Assembly: GCA_964016885.1 (NCBI GenBank)
Contig: OZ024756.1
Coordinates: 31,992,001 to 32,056,000, forward strand
DNA from: Eledone cirrhosa
Taxonomy: Eukaryota
Direction of reading: 5' to 3'
Length of the DNA stretch: 64,000 bases
Under the pieces are notes generated by a model. The model was not told the DNA's origin. It saw only the letters and a program-made list of their open reading frames with translations, and did no database searches. Both the position numbers and the translations under genes were made by a program. Below are positions 29,441-43,804 of the stretch, in pieces. How positions within the stretch are numbered: the stretch's first letter is position 1; each line of letters begins with the position of its first letter.

Positions 29441-29872
29441 TAGAAAGTTATAGATATTTACAAAGGAATACTGATAAGAACAATAAGGAATCAAGAATAT
29501 AATTTATTTCTGCTGTGAAAATATTTATAATACAACTACAAGGTAAATACACAACAAAATTTACTCTTTGTACTATATAGTATTTTCAATTTGGAACAAG
29601 TAAATATATATATATTTTTTCTTCTTTCTTCCTTTCCTCCTGTCTTTACTTATCTCTTTCTTTTTTCTCCATGCATCTCTCTCTCTCCGATATTTCTCCA
29701 CGTTTTTTCTTTCTCTCCGTCTTTTTCTTTCTCTCCGTCTTTTTCTAATTGTCCTTAACACTATGACTTATTAAAGTTATATAAACGATTCACTATCCGG
29801 ATGACTTCCAAAAACAATGGTTGCATTTTAATAGGGTATGTCAAAGCTTATTTGTAAAACTGTTATATATTG

Positions 29873-29937
29873 TATTTTGTCTGATGAAGGCATACCATAA
29901 TTTAATCTGGTATCCCTGAAATATGTATAATGAAATA
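29873..29937 (+). ncRNA. Type I hammerhead ribozyme motif
   Basis: TATTTTGT-CTGATGA-AGGcATACCA/TGGTATcCCT-GAAA-TATGTA-TA-ATGAAATA (stem I with G-U pairs); (TA)n about 30 nt downstream. Confidence 0.7.
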
Positions 29938-29976
29938 AATATGGTTTTATAAATATAGTTTCCATTATATATATAT

Positions 29977-30109
<133 letters not shown>

Positions 30110-30422
30110 TATATATATCAATAAATATGTATATAAAAAAGATAATAAATGCCGGTTTAGTTTGAATACAAGAAAATCGAATTACCTTATTGAGAGAAAC
30201 CTTAGAAATTGTTTTTTTTTCCATCTTAACACGAAATTTGAAAATACTAAGCGAAAAAAAAACAAAAACAAAAAACAACAACAACACAAAATCAAACATG
30301 AAAACGTAAAACAAGAGAAATGAAAGAAAAGTTATATATAATGGAAGTAGAAAAACTACCAGGAAAACCTGAAGTAGTATATGAACAAAGAAATATATTG
30401 TTGAAGGCTTCCTAAAACGAGC

Positions 30423-30508
<86 letters not shown>

Positions 30509-30562
30509 ACAAAGTTATACACCTCAACAACATGTGTACTCGTCTCTACCACAATAATTCGG

Positions 30563-30617
30563 ACTGCCTGAAGAGGTCACGGCCAAAGATGGCTGTCACC
30601 GAAATATATAAACCAGT
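30563..30617 (+). ncRNA. Degenerate hammerhead motif
   Basis: CTGAAGA-GGTcACGGCCA/TGGCTGTcACC-GAAA-TATA-TA; stem I (ACTG/CAGT) is out of register. Confidence 0.5.
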
Positions 30618-30909
30618 AATAAACGAACCCCAATTTTAAACATTTGACTTATTTATTTTATTTTATTTTACATTACTCCGGAGTAACCAAACCAACCTGC
30701 GCACTTCGTCGAGTGCTCCATCTGCATACTAGAGGGTTGGTATACAACCAACATATATATTAATATATATATATAAGAAAAAGTCGGGGACCTACGCCTA
30801 AGCACATGCAGTTTCAACAACTAGTCCCCCCCCCCTCCAGGTATGCTTTTCAATAATGGCCTAACTAGTCTAAAACTGCCTTACTCTTGATATATATATA
30901 TATATATAC

Positions 30910-31498
30910 ATGGTGGCTGCCAACTCGTTTTCGAGTACGGCCACTACTTTATATCCGTGTAGGAGAACCCCTACCGATGCGCTGAACGAGTGTGACTTTT
31001 TAGTCCAGCCAGCGACTTGAAAACTCTGGTACAAACACTACACTTGTGACAAATATGGACACATAGTGCTGGGCCCATGGTACCACGTGACGACAAGTGC
31101 AGAGAGATCTCCAGATATAAAGCAATGTCTGTGCCTTGAAGCTTTTATAGTGAGCAAAGGCACTGCACAAAGCCAGTCCCACTCTCTTAAGCAAGATGAT
31201 ATTTACCAAAAAGAACAACAAGTCAACATCATTGGATACCATCAGGATTGCAGGTGTTATATCAGAGTTTTCCTTCTCCTAGAATTCTGCCTTGACAAAG
31301 GCTAAGGGGTCATCCATCTCTCCCGGTGATTTTGGATTGCCCTTTAACAGGTTTTGTTTTTAGTCCTGCAGGATGTCCAAAGTCACCCTCCTCACCAAGA
31401 AACCTTGGTGGGGTTGCCAGTTTAGTCGCCAACGACCCCACCATGGGACAGGTTAGACTGGGATACATGTCACCAGTAGCACCAACTGGTGACCTGAC
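30910..31498 (-). mobile_element. Full-length non-autonomous RTE derivative
   Basis: Same two ends as 35523-36133. Confidence 0.85.
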
Positions 31499-31614
31499 AA
31501 TATATATATATATATATATACATATATATGTACACCGTACATTCAACTTTTAGTGTTTTGGTGATAGTATCGAATGTAAAGAGGAGAATTGATGCTTCTT
31601 ATCAATGTTATACG

Positions 31615-31656
<42 letters not shown>

Positions 31657-31968
31657 TTCAAGAGTAACCAATCTTAAAGAGAGAGATGGAGATAGTAGAG
31701 GAGATATGAGAGGAAAGATTGGTGAGTTAGTTAGAAGCCAAAGCGTAAAGGCATGTGCTCAATGTGCAATATGCTGTAGAAAGCAGCTAGGTGGCTGGGT
31801 TCATGCAGAGGTTAGGTGCGCAGAGCTGGAAATATTCATCAGTTAAGCAAAGCAAGACCACCAATTTCATAAGGAAGATATTATTAAAAGATTGTCAACA
31901 TATTTAGTTTGATGTAAGGAATGTAGAGAATAATAATAATAATAATATTATTAATAATAATAATGCCC

Positions 31969-32089
31969 GTTTACAATTGTTTCGCTACTCCGTATAATAT
32001 TTCTGGATCAGATGACTATGTATCATAATTGATCTGGTTCAGTTGAAAATAATTAACATATTTAAAAAAACAGAGTGGCTCATCGGAAC
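31969..32089 (-). ncRNA. Long-stem-II hammerhead-like motif, CCGAUGA core
   Basis: Reverse strand: GTT-CCGATGA-GCCACTCTG...CGGAGTAGC-GAAAC-AATT-GTA-AAC. Confidence 0.6.
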
Positions 32090-32389
32090 TCAAAGGAATA
32101 TAAATTAAAATAATGTTACATAATATAATGTTCCATATATTAGTTTTTACTATGGTGCCTTTGTTTCATCAGCTGTCAGCCATAATCAAGCAGTACTCAT
32201 CTGTCGAGGCTGCATTGTGTGAGATCTGCCTATGGGTAACATTGTTGATATGATTAGATCGCTAAACTATCTAGTTCGGGGTCGGTATACTGTGATAATT
32301 ATCTCCACCACCGCCACCACCCGTATTTAAACCCCACTATCACCGCCACCCCCACCAACAACAACAACACCACCACCGCCACCTTTATG

Positions 32390-32423
<34 letters not shown>

Positions 32424-32478
32424 GAACATATACATACACACATACACACATACACACACGCATGCATACACACACACG

Positions 32479-32518
<40 letters not shown>

Positions 32519-32563
32519 TGACTTTGTATACGGTAAATATATATACACACACACACACACAGA

Positions 32564-32638
<75 letters not shown>

Positions 32639-33084
32639 ATGCATATACGTAGGCCAAATATAAAAATGACAAATTTGTTTTCCGCTGTTGTTTTCACTAA
32701 TTCCTTTTTTTTTTTTAAATTATTTTTTCTATTGTTTTAAGATAACATGTCTTCTTACACACTTACCTCGAACGCAATTAAGATTTTATTCTTTAAAAAT
32801 TAATTTCCAATTAAGAAACTTTGATAAAACATGGAAGACATATTAACAGGCGCCCCTCCACCCAATTCCACAACGTGTAAAATTAAATACAACAACAAAA
32901 ACAATTACCAAATCTGACGAAAAGAATGCATTTCATATGAAATCTTCTATAGATTCATTAATTTGTAAAATCAAAAGTTATAAATTATAACAATAATGAT
33001 GAGATAAGAGATGGAATTAATTAAATAATGATTGCAGATTGCGGATTCAATTTACGTTATATATATATATATATACAAATATAT

Positions 33085-33143
<59 letters not shown>

Positions 33144-33787
33144 AATATATAAATAAATAAATATGTATGTATACATATATATACATATATACAAATATAT
33201 ATATGTATATATTTATATATATATTTGTATATATATATATATACAAATCCATACACACACACACGCACATATATATTTATTTATTTATATATATGTATAT
33301 ATGGACAAATATATATATATATTTACATATATATATAAACAAATATATACATATATATATATATGTGTGTGTTTAATAACAAACACCGAAAATATAATGT
33401 TCTCATATATCATTTATATCATAAGATTTCAGCTGGATCTTTTATTCTTATTAAATTAGCTGCATCATCATCATCATCATCATCATTCTTCTTCTTCTTC
33501 TTCTTCTTCTTCTTCTTCTTCTTCTTCTTCTTCTTCTTCTTCTTCTGTTATTATCATATTTATCATTGTCATTATTATTACAGTTATTTTATTAGTATTA
33601 ACTGGAGAGCTTCAAGAAGTTTAAAAATCTGTGATATAATACATGAAAAGGAGAACAATTTTCAAATCGAAAATCACCACAAAATCAATTAATTTTTATC
33701 TTCCCAATGAAATATTTATCCATTCACTGATTAAATCAAAACAAGATTGACTACGTATTGCTAGTACTTAAGTAATAGTAAATAATA

Positions 33788-34302
33788 ATAATTGTTTCTA
33801 CTTTTGGCACAAGGCCAGCTATACGCAAGTGTATTACTGGTACTTTATATTATCGACCCCGTAAGTTTGAAAAGCAAAGTTAACCTCGGCAGCATTTGAA
33901 CTCAGATCATAAAGGACCTGTAACTGATCTAAGTTCAAATCCCGCCGAGGTTAACTTTGCCTTTCATGCTTACGGGGTCGATAATATAAGTAATATTAAA
34001 GTTAACCTCGGCGGGATTTGAACTCAGAATGGAAAGGGGCGTAACTATGCGTCAAAGCATGGCGTCTGACCCTCTACCGATACTGCCAATTCACCGCCCC
34101 CCATAATGATAATAATAATTGTTTCTACTTTTGGCACAAGGCCAGCAATTATCCAGTGCATTACTGGTACTTTATTTTATCGACCCGGTAAGGATGAAAG
34201 GCAAAGTTAACCTCGGCGGGATTTGAACTCAGAATGGCAAGGGCCGTAAATCTATGCGTCAAAGCATGGCGTCCGACCCTCAACCAATACTGCCAACCCA
34301 CC
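33788..34302 (-). mobile_element. SINE family 1 cluster with an internal inverted piece (~33925-33990 on +)
   Basis: Core repeated four times, once in the opposite orientation. Confidence 0.85.
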
Positions 34303-34700
34303 AATGTTTCATTTTAGTGTGCGATATTATCTGTGTCCCTGCTGCTGACCGGATGGATATCTTAAACATTTCTGATCTTGCAGTTTCACTATTCGGGCTA
34401 CATAATAGGCGTAAAAAAGATGACAGTGTCTGAATCTAGAATATTCTGAATAGAATAACTGTTATATAGGTTATCAAATGATACACCTCTCGAGAAACAA
34501 TAATTTTATTTATTCAATAACTCTGCGTGATACATAGCTGCACACCTATTGGTGAAGTCGATCAGTTACTAATATTTTTTCTTCTGCGGATGTATGAGAA
34601 ATTGTTCGCTTTTCATATATGTCTGTATGCATATATGTACGACTGCATGTATGTATGTATGAATGTATGTATGTATGGCTGTTTATATGTATGTATGTAT

Positions 34701-35362
34701 GTTTTCTCTTTCTCTTAATTTTGAGTATATTTTTTTGACCGGCCACCTTCCTGGTGGCAAGGTTGTAAAAGAAAAGAAATTGTCATCCCTTGAATCGCAA
34801 GAATGTTTTGCAAATTTTGAAGGTGCCAGCTATCGCAGCCATTTGTAAACTATGAATTTTTGTCCGCAAATCGCTTTTTGTCCGCAAATCCAAGTTCAGT
34901 CATACTTTGGTCCAAGCGGGTTGGTATATAACCCGTAGCACCAATAATGATGGGTATGAAGCTAAAGGTGTATCTTGGATACTGGATTTGTAAACTCCTC
35001 ATCAATGGTCCGTAGATGTCCTCCTTCTCCTGTATTTTTCTGACAACGTTTACATCAAGTGGGCAGCTGATCTCCACAACAGAACACGTTTTCAATGTGT
35101 GGTCCCAAACTACAATATCAGGCCGGTTGTGCTTTAATCTGGTGGCAGTTTTTATTTTCAGGTTCCACCAGTATTCCTTAGTGCCATCTGTCTCAATATA
35201 TTCTTCCTCGTTTGTTGTTAATTTTGTTTTCCGAAGTGCGTTCCAGATGGTTCTAGCTATCCCATCGTGTCTCATGGGGAGGTAGTAGCGAGATGACATT
35301 CTTTCGCAGCTGGCAACAATGTGGCTTACATCCTCGATCTTTGTTTTACATAGCCTATATTT
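34701..35362 (-). pseudogene. R4/Dong-like non-LTR retrotransposon 3' end: zinc knuckle plus restriction-like endonuclease
   Basis: YRLC...EDVSHIVASC, RHD, WWN, HNRPDIVV, EISCP, EKEDIY, PIIIGATG; small duplication/frameshift near 34860; (TGTA)n on both sides. Confidence 0.9.
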
Positions 35363-35522
35363 GTGTATGTATGTATGTATGTATGTATGTATGTATGTAT
35401 GTATGTATGTATGTATGTATGTATGTATGTATTATGTATGTATGTATGTATGAGTGTATGCATCTATGCTTATGTGTGTGTATATATGTATGTATGTATC
35501 GCTATATGTATGTATGTATTAT

Positions 35523-36133
35523 GTCAGGTCCCCAGTTGGTGCTACTGGTAACATGTATCCCAGTACAACCTGTCTCATGGTCGGGTCGTTGGCGACTAAA
35601 CTGGCAACCCCACCAAGGTTTCTTGGTGAGGAGGGTGACTTTGGACATCGTGCAGGACGAAAAACAAAACCTGTCAAAGGACAAAGGAGCTATTAAGAGT
35701 CAATGGCCATCCAAAATCACCGGGAGAGATGACCCCTTAGCCTTTGTCAAGGAAGAATTCTAGGAGAAGGAAAACTCTGATATAACACCTGCAACCCTGA
35801 TGGTATCCAATGATGTTGACTTCTTCTTCTTTTTGGTAAATATCATCTTGGTTAAGAGAGTGGGACTGGCTTTGTGCAGTGCCTTTGCTCACTATAAAAG
35901 CTTCACGGCACAGGCATTGCTTTATATCTGGAGATCTCTCTGCACTTGTCGTCACGTGGCACCATGGGCCCAGCACTATGTGTCAATAATTGTCACAAGT
36001 GTAGTGTTTGTACCAGAGTTTTCAAGTCGCTGGCTGGACTAAAAAGTCACACTCGTTCAGGGCATCGGTAGGGGTTCTCCTACATGGATATAAAGTAGTG
36101 GCCGTACACGAAAACGAGTTGGCAGCCACCATG
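35523..36133 (+). mobile_element. Full-length non-autonomous RTE derivative (~610 bp)
   Basis: RTE-like 5' UTR words (CTGGCAACCCCACC, AGGAGAAGGAAAACTCTGA) joined to a terminal C2H2 finger [22 protein letters not shown], 3' hairpin and (ATGT)n tail; five copies in the window. Confidence 0.8.
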
Positions 36134-36211
36134 TACATATGTATGTATATATGTATGCTTGAATGTATGTATGAGTGTATGTATCTATGCTTGCATATAT
36201 GTATGTCTGTT

Positions 36212-36243
<32 letters not shown>

Positions 36244-36379
36244 TGAGTGTATGTATCTATGCTTATGTGTGTGTATATATGTATGTATGTATCGCTACAT
36301 GTATGTATGTTTGTATGTATGTAAGTATATATGCATGTGTGCACATTCGATCGCATCGTTAATATATTCGATCGCATCG

Positions 36380-36449
<70 letters not shown>

Positions 36450-36502
36450 CGATATATCCATGCAACCATCCGTACATATGTATATACACACACGCGTCCA
36501 AA

Positions 36503-36639
<137 letters not shown>

Positions 36640-36934
36640 ATACGTATATACTGAATCATGTTGCAGTGTATCTGTGTTGACTGCCTTTTGAGCTGGTGTT
36701 AAATTATTCGAATGTACTTAGTTTAGAAGGGATTTACACTAGGTGCAGTATTTAAACACTTACTATGAAGTTTACACACACATACACAGCATTATATATA
36801 TATAAGTTATTGACCTTTCACCGAATACATCACATCAACTTCAACACTTACATTGACTATACTAATGTTATATATGGTATGTGCCTAAGCTAGGCATCAA
36901 AAAGATTATCACACGCAGGCGTCCAGAATGACAA

Positions 36935-37039
<105 letters not shown>

Positions 37040-37046
37040 TATATAA

Positions 37047-37106
<60 letters not shown>

Positions 37107-37158
37107 CGGAGGAATCGAGCCCTCTTTGGATTTTTGTCTTCAATTTTATTATTATTAC

Positions 37159-37190
<32 letters not shown>

Positions 37191-37312
37191 GTGGAGGCGT
37201 GTGGCTGAGTGGTTAGAGAATTGGATTCGCAATCGTGAGATGGTGAGTTCGATCCCCGGACCGGGCGATGCGTTATGTCCTTGAGCAAGACACTTTATTT
37301 TCACGTTGCTCC
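37191..37312 (+). mobile_element. SINE family 2, 5' part
   Basis: A box TGGCTGAGTGG, B box GTTCGATCCC, core TGTCCTTGAGCAAGACACTT. Confidence 0.9.
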
Positions 37313-37640
37313 TTCTACCTGGAGTTGCGACCGATAGATAGTACTAGCAATTGGAAAGACCAATGGAAGCATTGTTTCCTCGGTCCGATTTGACGAAAGT
37401 CGATCGTTCCTGATATATATATAGTTCTGAATCAGAAGATTCTGCAGTTCTCGAATCAGACAGATCCACACAATGATTGTGTCTCGAGCTGTCTGCCGGC
37501 GAAACAATTGCAACACACAATAAATTGAGTCCAGATGCATCACAGATTTTTCGTTTTATATTATATATATATATATATATGTGTATGTATGCATCTTGTA
37601 TGCTTATGAATCGTACTCTGCCTATGACGACTGTAAAGAT

Positions 37641-37671
<31 letters not shown>

Positions 37672-37692
37672 CACATATATACATATACATAT

Positions 37693-37723
<31 letters not shown>

Positions 37724-37725
37724 CA

Positions 37726-37763
<38 letters not shown>

Positions 37764-37965
37764 TATATGTATATATACATACACCATTTCCCAGCGACGA
37801 AGACGCTTCGTCCTCAAAAATTTGAAAAAAAATAACAAATAACCTTTGGCCTCCAGGACGCATGGTAGATTTTTGAGACTTATTTTAGGAAAAACATAGT
37901 GTCTTCGATCCCAGGAAATACGGTATCTCTCTCTCTCCCTCTCTCACTCACTCTCTCTGATCCCT

Positions 37966-38102
<137 letters not shown>

Positions 38103-38104
38103 TT

Positions 38105-38158
<54 letters not shown>

Positions 38159-38195
38159 AAAATGTGTGAGATCCTTGGAACAGTTAGGTATATTT

Positions 38196-38446
38196 GAAAA
38201 AGAGGAAAAGAATTACTTCACTTGTAGTGTTAAATATTTGATTTAATTTTATAATGAGAGAAAGTGCTCGCATTCATCGCCAACGGCGAATGCGAGAAAG
38301 TTCTCCAACAAAGTTATCCAGGAATCTTTAAAATTCTCCCCACCGAAGTTAACAAAGAACTTACTAGATCTCCCAACTTATAACATAATATTACAACATT
38401 AAATCAAATTATTTAACACTACAAGTGAAGTCATTCTTTTCCTTTT

Positions 38447-38450
<4 letters not shown>
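38196..38450 (+). mobile_element. Short element with ~52-bp inverted repeats and the 3' half of an HHR-like motif
   Basis: 38196-38247 is the approximate reverse complement of 38398-38450; internal hairpin TCGCATTC/GAATGCGA followed by GAAA-GTTC-TC; ends in (TA)n. Confidence 0.6.
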
Positions 38451-38517
<67 letters not shown>

Positions 38518-39000
38518 GACAGGGGGGAAGAAAAAAATGGCTTCACTTGTGCTTTCAACAAATTTATTTTCTTCACAAAATCAAAAAAGAATTTTTGTCG
38601 GATTAGAAAAAATTTTTCTTAAAAAAGATTTTATCAATTAAGTCGTTGGTTGTTGGTTAGGTCTTAGGAGTTCTTGGTTAACGTAGGAGGTATTGTTTCG
38701 TTTTTAGAAAAACCTTTCACGCTGAGGTGCGCTTGTCAAACTGATGTGTATGTGGTGTGTTGTTCTATATATAGGGATTTAACATGTTTGTGGTGTGGTG
38801 GGGTTTTTTTTCTCCCCCTTTAATAAGTGTAGGGGTGTAGGTGTGTTGAAAAAATGTTAATAGCAGTAATGAGTTGAGACAGTGAGTATGGTTGGGTGGG
38901 GAGAAATGTAGCAAGTGCGGCCTGCCCCGGTCATTCTCGACTAAATTTATCAGACTAAAATTTCTTTAGTCAAAAATACGGTGAAAGCTATTCTATTTTC

Positions 39001-39056
<56 letters not shown>

Positions 39057-39197
39057 TATGTATATATATATATGTTTATATGTATACATATATATATATA
39101 TATATGTTTATATATATATGTATATATATATGTATAATATATATATATATATATATATGTTTATATATATGTATATATATATGTGTATATATATATG

Positions 39198-39227
<30 letters not shown>

Positions 39228-39230
<3 letters not shown>

Positions 39231-39397
39231 ACGAAGGAAATGTGGTAAGGAACCAGGTGGACCATAACGCACCAAAGTACTCAATACTTAGGGTAGAAGA
39301 GTGGGTAATTCTGGACTAAATGAGAGAATTTCATTTAGTCCTGAATTAGCCGTCGAAACGGCTTGAGCTCAGCCGTCGGGATCCTACTCGTTCCTAT
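39228..39397 (-). mobile_element. Family A fold-back element
   Basis: Same two outer ends as 2018-2226, different internal junction. Confidence 0.8.
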
Positions 39398-39903
39398 ATA
39401 TAGGAATACGCCACTGGGAATGGACTCCTAGACATTGCGATCCCCAATGTCTGTATTATATTACACTGTACAGACAGTCTTCAGCGTTCGATTATTTTCG
39501 CTGAAGTCGACTGTGCATACAGGTTAAACAGTACGATCTACTGGCCTCTTTCCGTAACAATCTATTTTACTAGAAGGTTAATTGGAACAATACACTTAAA
39601 GATACTTACTATACAACATACATATGACATGTGTGATTCACTCCTTCGACAGTTTATCGTTTTACTTTATATTTATACACAGTCAAGTGGCTGCACTTTA
39701 ATAGAAAGCAATAAATCCGATTACAACGTAGTCATAATTATTGAACGTGAGTTTGTTGGATACAACACACGCACCAACATAGAGAAATACATACACATTC
39801 ACATACTCACACAGATATATGAGTCTTTGGTATATATATATATATATATACAAGCATCATTTGTGTTTATTTATAAATACATATAGACACGCAGAGACAG
39901 ACA

Positions 39904-39995
<92 letters not shown>

Positions 39996-40079
39996 CACAC
40001 GCAAAGACACACACATACATACATTTGAAGACGTCCCCATATCATTCTGTGGACACCCACAGACAGACACACATGCGGA

Positions 40080-40163
<84 letters not shown>

Positions 40164-40369
40164 TGGCGCTTATCAATTTATTTGAAATTCAACCGGGAAT
40201 TAAATCAAAAAATGAAAAAACTACTTAAAATCATTAGCATAGTTTTTGACTTTATTGTAAATGAATATTTTTTAAATGTAACATATTATTTATTCATATT
40301 TATTCATATAGTTACTTATCTCTTTCCAATACGTATTTGGTACACCGCAAAAAGATGATTTCCTTCTAA

Positions 40370-40960
40370 AGCATCTACTTCTGGTGGTGTCCACAAGAGT
40401 GTCACTTACAAAGCTTAGCTAGATGTGGTTCCGCCACAGCTGAACACTTTGCTCTCCTTTCTCTATAAATTCTGCCAAGTTCAATGCTGTGCAGGGGTGT
40501 TCCAGCAGGGGGCAAATCAAAAGTTGCTGCATAGTCTATGGTTCGATACCGCAGTTACACACAACATCCCCATCCTTTAAATATCCCTATTTTTCCAGCT
40601 TCTCTTTTGCATGACAAGCACCAGATCTTAATCTCTTGAGGCATTTCCATACCGCATAGTTTGTATCTGCTGCAGGGGTCAGTGCCAAGCTCACCTTTAT
40701 CTCCTTTGTTGTTACTAATAGGTTGTTAAGTTTTTCTTCTCAGCGAGTGATTCTTTCACTACTTATACTTGATGTTCCAATGGACTTGACTCTCTTTAGG
40801 AAACTATTCCTGGAATTTAAAACATCAATATATGGAGATAAGTTTCCCTGCAGATAACAATCTTAATTTTATGTAAGGTTCACAGATACCCATTGGAAAA
40901 TTGTCTCGGTTCCAATGTCCACATGCAGCCAACCCAGAAAAAGGAATTACTACTACTCTG
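40370..40960 (-). pseudogene. Vingi/Ingi-like non-LTR element C-terminus
   Basis: LNSRNSFL ... VWKCLKRLRSG...LEK*GY...CNCGIEP*TMQQLLICP; matches the WxxLNRLRTG...CxCG..QTMxHLLxCP pattern; in-frame stops. Confidence 0.7.
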
Positions 40961-41152
40961 TGGAAGCATATCAGGCTTTTCAAGGACGATACTTTTATGA
41001 TAATAGTTATTATACCACAAATCGCTACGTATATTTTGCTTTTTTTACTTATGTCTGATTATCTAAACTATAATAAAGGAAGGTCTGCGGGATTGCGTAA
41101 GGTTTATTTTTTTATCTCGTTTGTAAAATAAGTTGGATTAGTTTGAATAAAT

Positions 41153-41322
41153 AATTGTTTCTACTTTTTGGCACAAGGCCAGCAATTCCCCAGTACGTTA
41201 CTGGTACTTTATTTTATCGACCCCGTAAGGATGAAAGGCAAAGTTAACCTAGGCGGGATTTGAACTCAGATCATAAAGGGTCATAACTATGCTAGAAAGC
41301 ATGGGGTCTGACCTTCTACCGA
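41153..41322 (-). mobile_element. SINE family 1
   Basis: Core and B box; flanked by a duplicated TTTGAATAAATAAT (TSD-like). Confidence 0.9.
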
Positions 41323-42021
41323 TTACTTTGAATAAATAATGAATGAATATTACATAATGTATCTACTAAATTTCGTGGCTGTTCATTAAATATATTTTGT
41401 TTATTTAAAGATTCACTTCTTTAAAATTTCTGAAATGTCAACACTTCCGGTGGCGATCGCTTAAATAAACATACTAATTTTCTCCTAATGCAGTTTATAT
41501 ATAATATCGTCTTTTTTAATATATCATGGATTACGATACTGATTAAATAAGACAGTGTAACACAGTCTTCGTTCAATTTCTATGTATTATATATTGTCAA
41601 TTACGATTTTATTTGATGTATCATATCTACATGTATATATATTTGCGTATAATATCAATATACACCTACACATGCTAGCAGAAAACCACTCGAAGGGTGG
41701 TTTTTCTGCCAGCGTTACTTAAAATATGAAACAGCCACATGCTATTGCGCACCAATAGTTAGACTAGCATGTCTTTTGCTAGATGCTGTCAGATGGCATT
41801 TCTAAAAGTATGTTTTGTGGCTGGTGGGTGGTGGTTAACAAATGCAATATCGAAGTCCTGGTTTAACGAATCCTTTTACTGGCACAACGTCCTCGGCATT
41901 CGCAGCTTCAATTGTTAATTATATAGGAATCGTGAAATTTAAGGTTACGCTTGAGTAAAAAAAACCTTGAATTTTAAGACTGCACAAGCGCGTGTTACAA
42001 TCAAGCACACACCCTCACCCG

Positions 42022-42079
<58 letters not shown>

Positions 42080-42097
42080 AGTGTGTGCATATACACG

Positions 42098-42171
<74 letters not shown>

Positions 42172-42173
<2 letters not shown>

Positions 42174-42338
42174 TAAAGAAAGTGTGGTAAGATACCAGGT
42201 GAACCATAACGTACCACAGTGCTCGATACTTAGGGTAATAGGAAAAGAGTCAGGACCCCGACGGCCGAGCTCCGGCCGTTTCGTCACCTCTGTCGAAACG
42301 ACCAGAGCTCAGCCGTCGGGGTCCTGACTCTTTTCCTA
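42172..42338 (-). mobile_element. Family A-related fold-back element (diverged)
   Basis: Arms TAGGAAAAGAGTCAGGACCCCGACGG / CCGTCGGGGTCCTGACTCTTTTCCTA; tail homologous to family A. Confidence 0.75.
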
Positions 42339-43804
42339 TATACATATATTTATACATATTTGTATATGCATGCATATATATAAATACACATACACATATG
42401 TATATTTTTATATGTATATATATATATATATATATAAAACATATACATATAAATATTGATTGATCTTCTCGATCAACCGATTAAGACGCCCACACATCAA
42501 TAAAGGAGCCTATGTATTTTGAAGGTAGTGTGTTTGTTTATATATTTATATTTCGACCAAAAATTTCGCCAAGTAATTCTTTCTTTTATCAGAGATGAAA
42601 ACATTACAATGAACAGGTTTCATTTTATTTATACAGGTCATAGTTAAAGATCGCAGAAGAACAGTAAGGAATGTTAGAAATAATCAATAAACTACCTAAT
42701 GTATCAATAACTTTGTTAGAGAAAGCGTCTTTCTATGCTACCATATTTGGAATTTTATTTTAGTATGTATATATGAAGGTAAGCAGTAAAAGTGGGAGGA
42801 ATACAGGTTTGAATGAATACTATTTCGACTGAAAATTGTCAGTATTACTAATAATTGGAATCAGCATTTCATTTAAAAAAAATGGTATATCTGTCAGATT
42901 AATTTTAAAGAAAACATAATATCTCTAAACTTCATTACATTTTACCACATTTATTTGAAAAATGTTCTTACAAACATAAAAGCTATATTCTTTGCAAGCT
43001 GACAAGTGAATCTTTAATAGGTAAGTTACGTAAACTACTTGTCAAGATAAATATTTATTTAAAACTATCGGTAAAATACCGCGATCTGATAAAAGTTTAA
43101 ATTTAAATATTCATCGTATTGCTTATACACACATTATACAGAAAAAAAATTTAGAAATTCACTGACAGTAAATCTAAAATTTGAACAGATAGATATAATA
43201 ATATTCTTCAGACTTATTCATTTTCATCTATGTTTGTTATATTCATGGGGGAGAAAAAAACGATGCAATCCATATTTAGTAACTTCAGGCTATATCATGT
43301 GTATATACATTCAACTGATATTCAAATACGTCCTATATTGAAGTAAACATATATCAAGATACTGTTTGAGATTTTCTTTCTTATACCAATTTATAACTGA
43401 AAGAAAAATATACGAAAATATGCGGTAAAATTGTTTATATTCATAAGTAAGTATCATTATTCTAAATAATTCAAATAGGCATCTCATTTAAATATGATAA
43501 CGATTAGCCCAAAACGAAAAAATAAATATAAATATGAATTCGGTTTCCATTAGGTAAATGAATTGGAAAAAAAGAAGAAAAACATAAGAGCTATAGAATA
43601 AAAGGGCTAAATATGAAAGTAATAGGTAAGTATACAATCAGATTTTCTTGTTAAGCTCTTTTTGACATATGATGTAAGACGAGTGTAGTACGTTACCTCA
43701 AAGATAGTCGAAGAGTGTATTACGTTAGTTTTAGGCGAGGTATTTAATATAAATGTATATATGATTATAGCATATACATTTGAACCTCTAGTTTTAAATA
43801 TATT

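Noticed and set aside
35523-35610. Possible HDV-like ribozyme at the 5' end of the RTE derivative (CCAGT/ACTGG, GTCG/CGAC, CTAA)
   Set aside because: I could not place P1, P3 and P1.1 in the required nested double-pseudoknot order; needs a descriptor search.
37191-37265. tRNA-like sequence
   Set aside because: It is a SINE head continuing into the SINE core, with no proper acceptor stem.
41677-41712. Isolated hairpin GCAGAAAACCAC/GTGGTTTTTCTGC, and a CTAG-associated hairpin near 46165, as Helitron ends
   Set aside because: Single occurrences with no matching opposite terminus visible.
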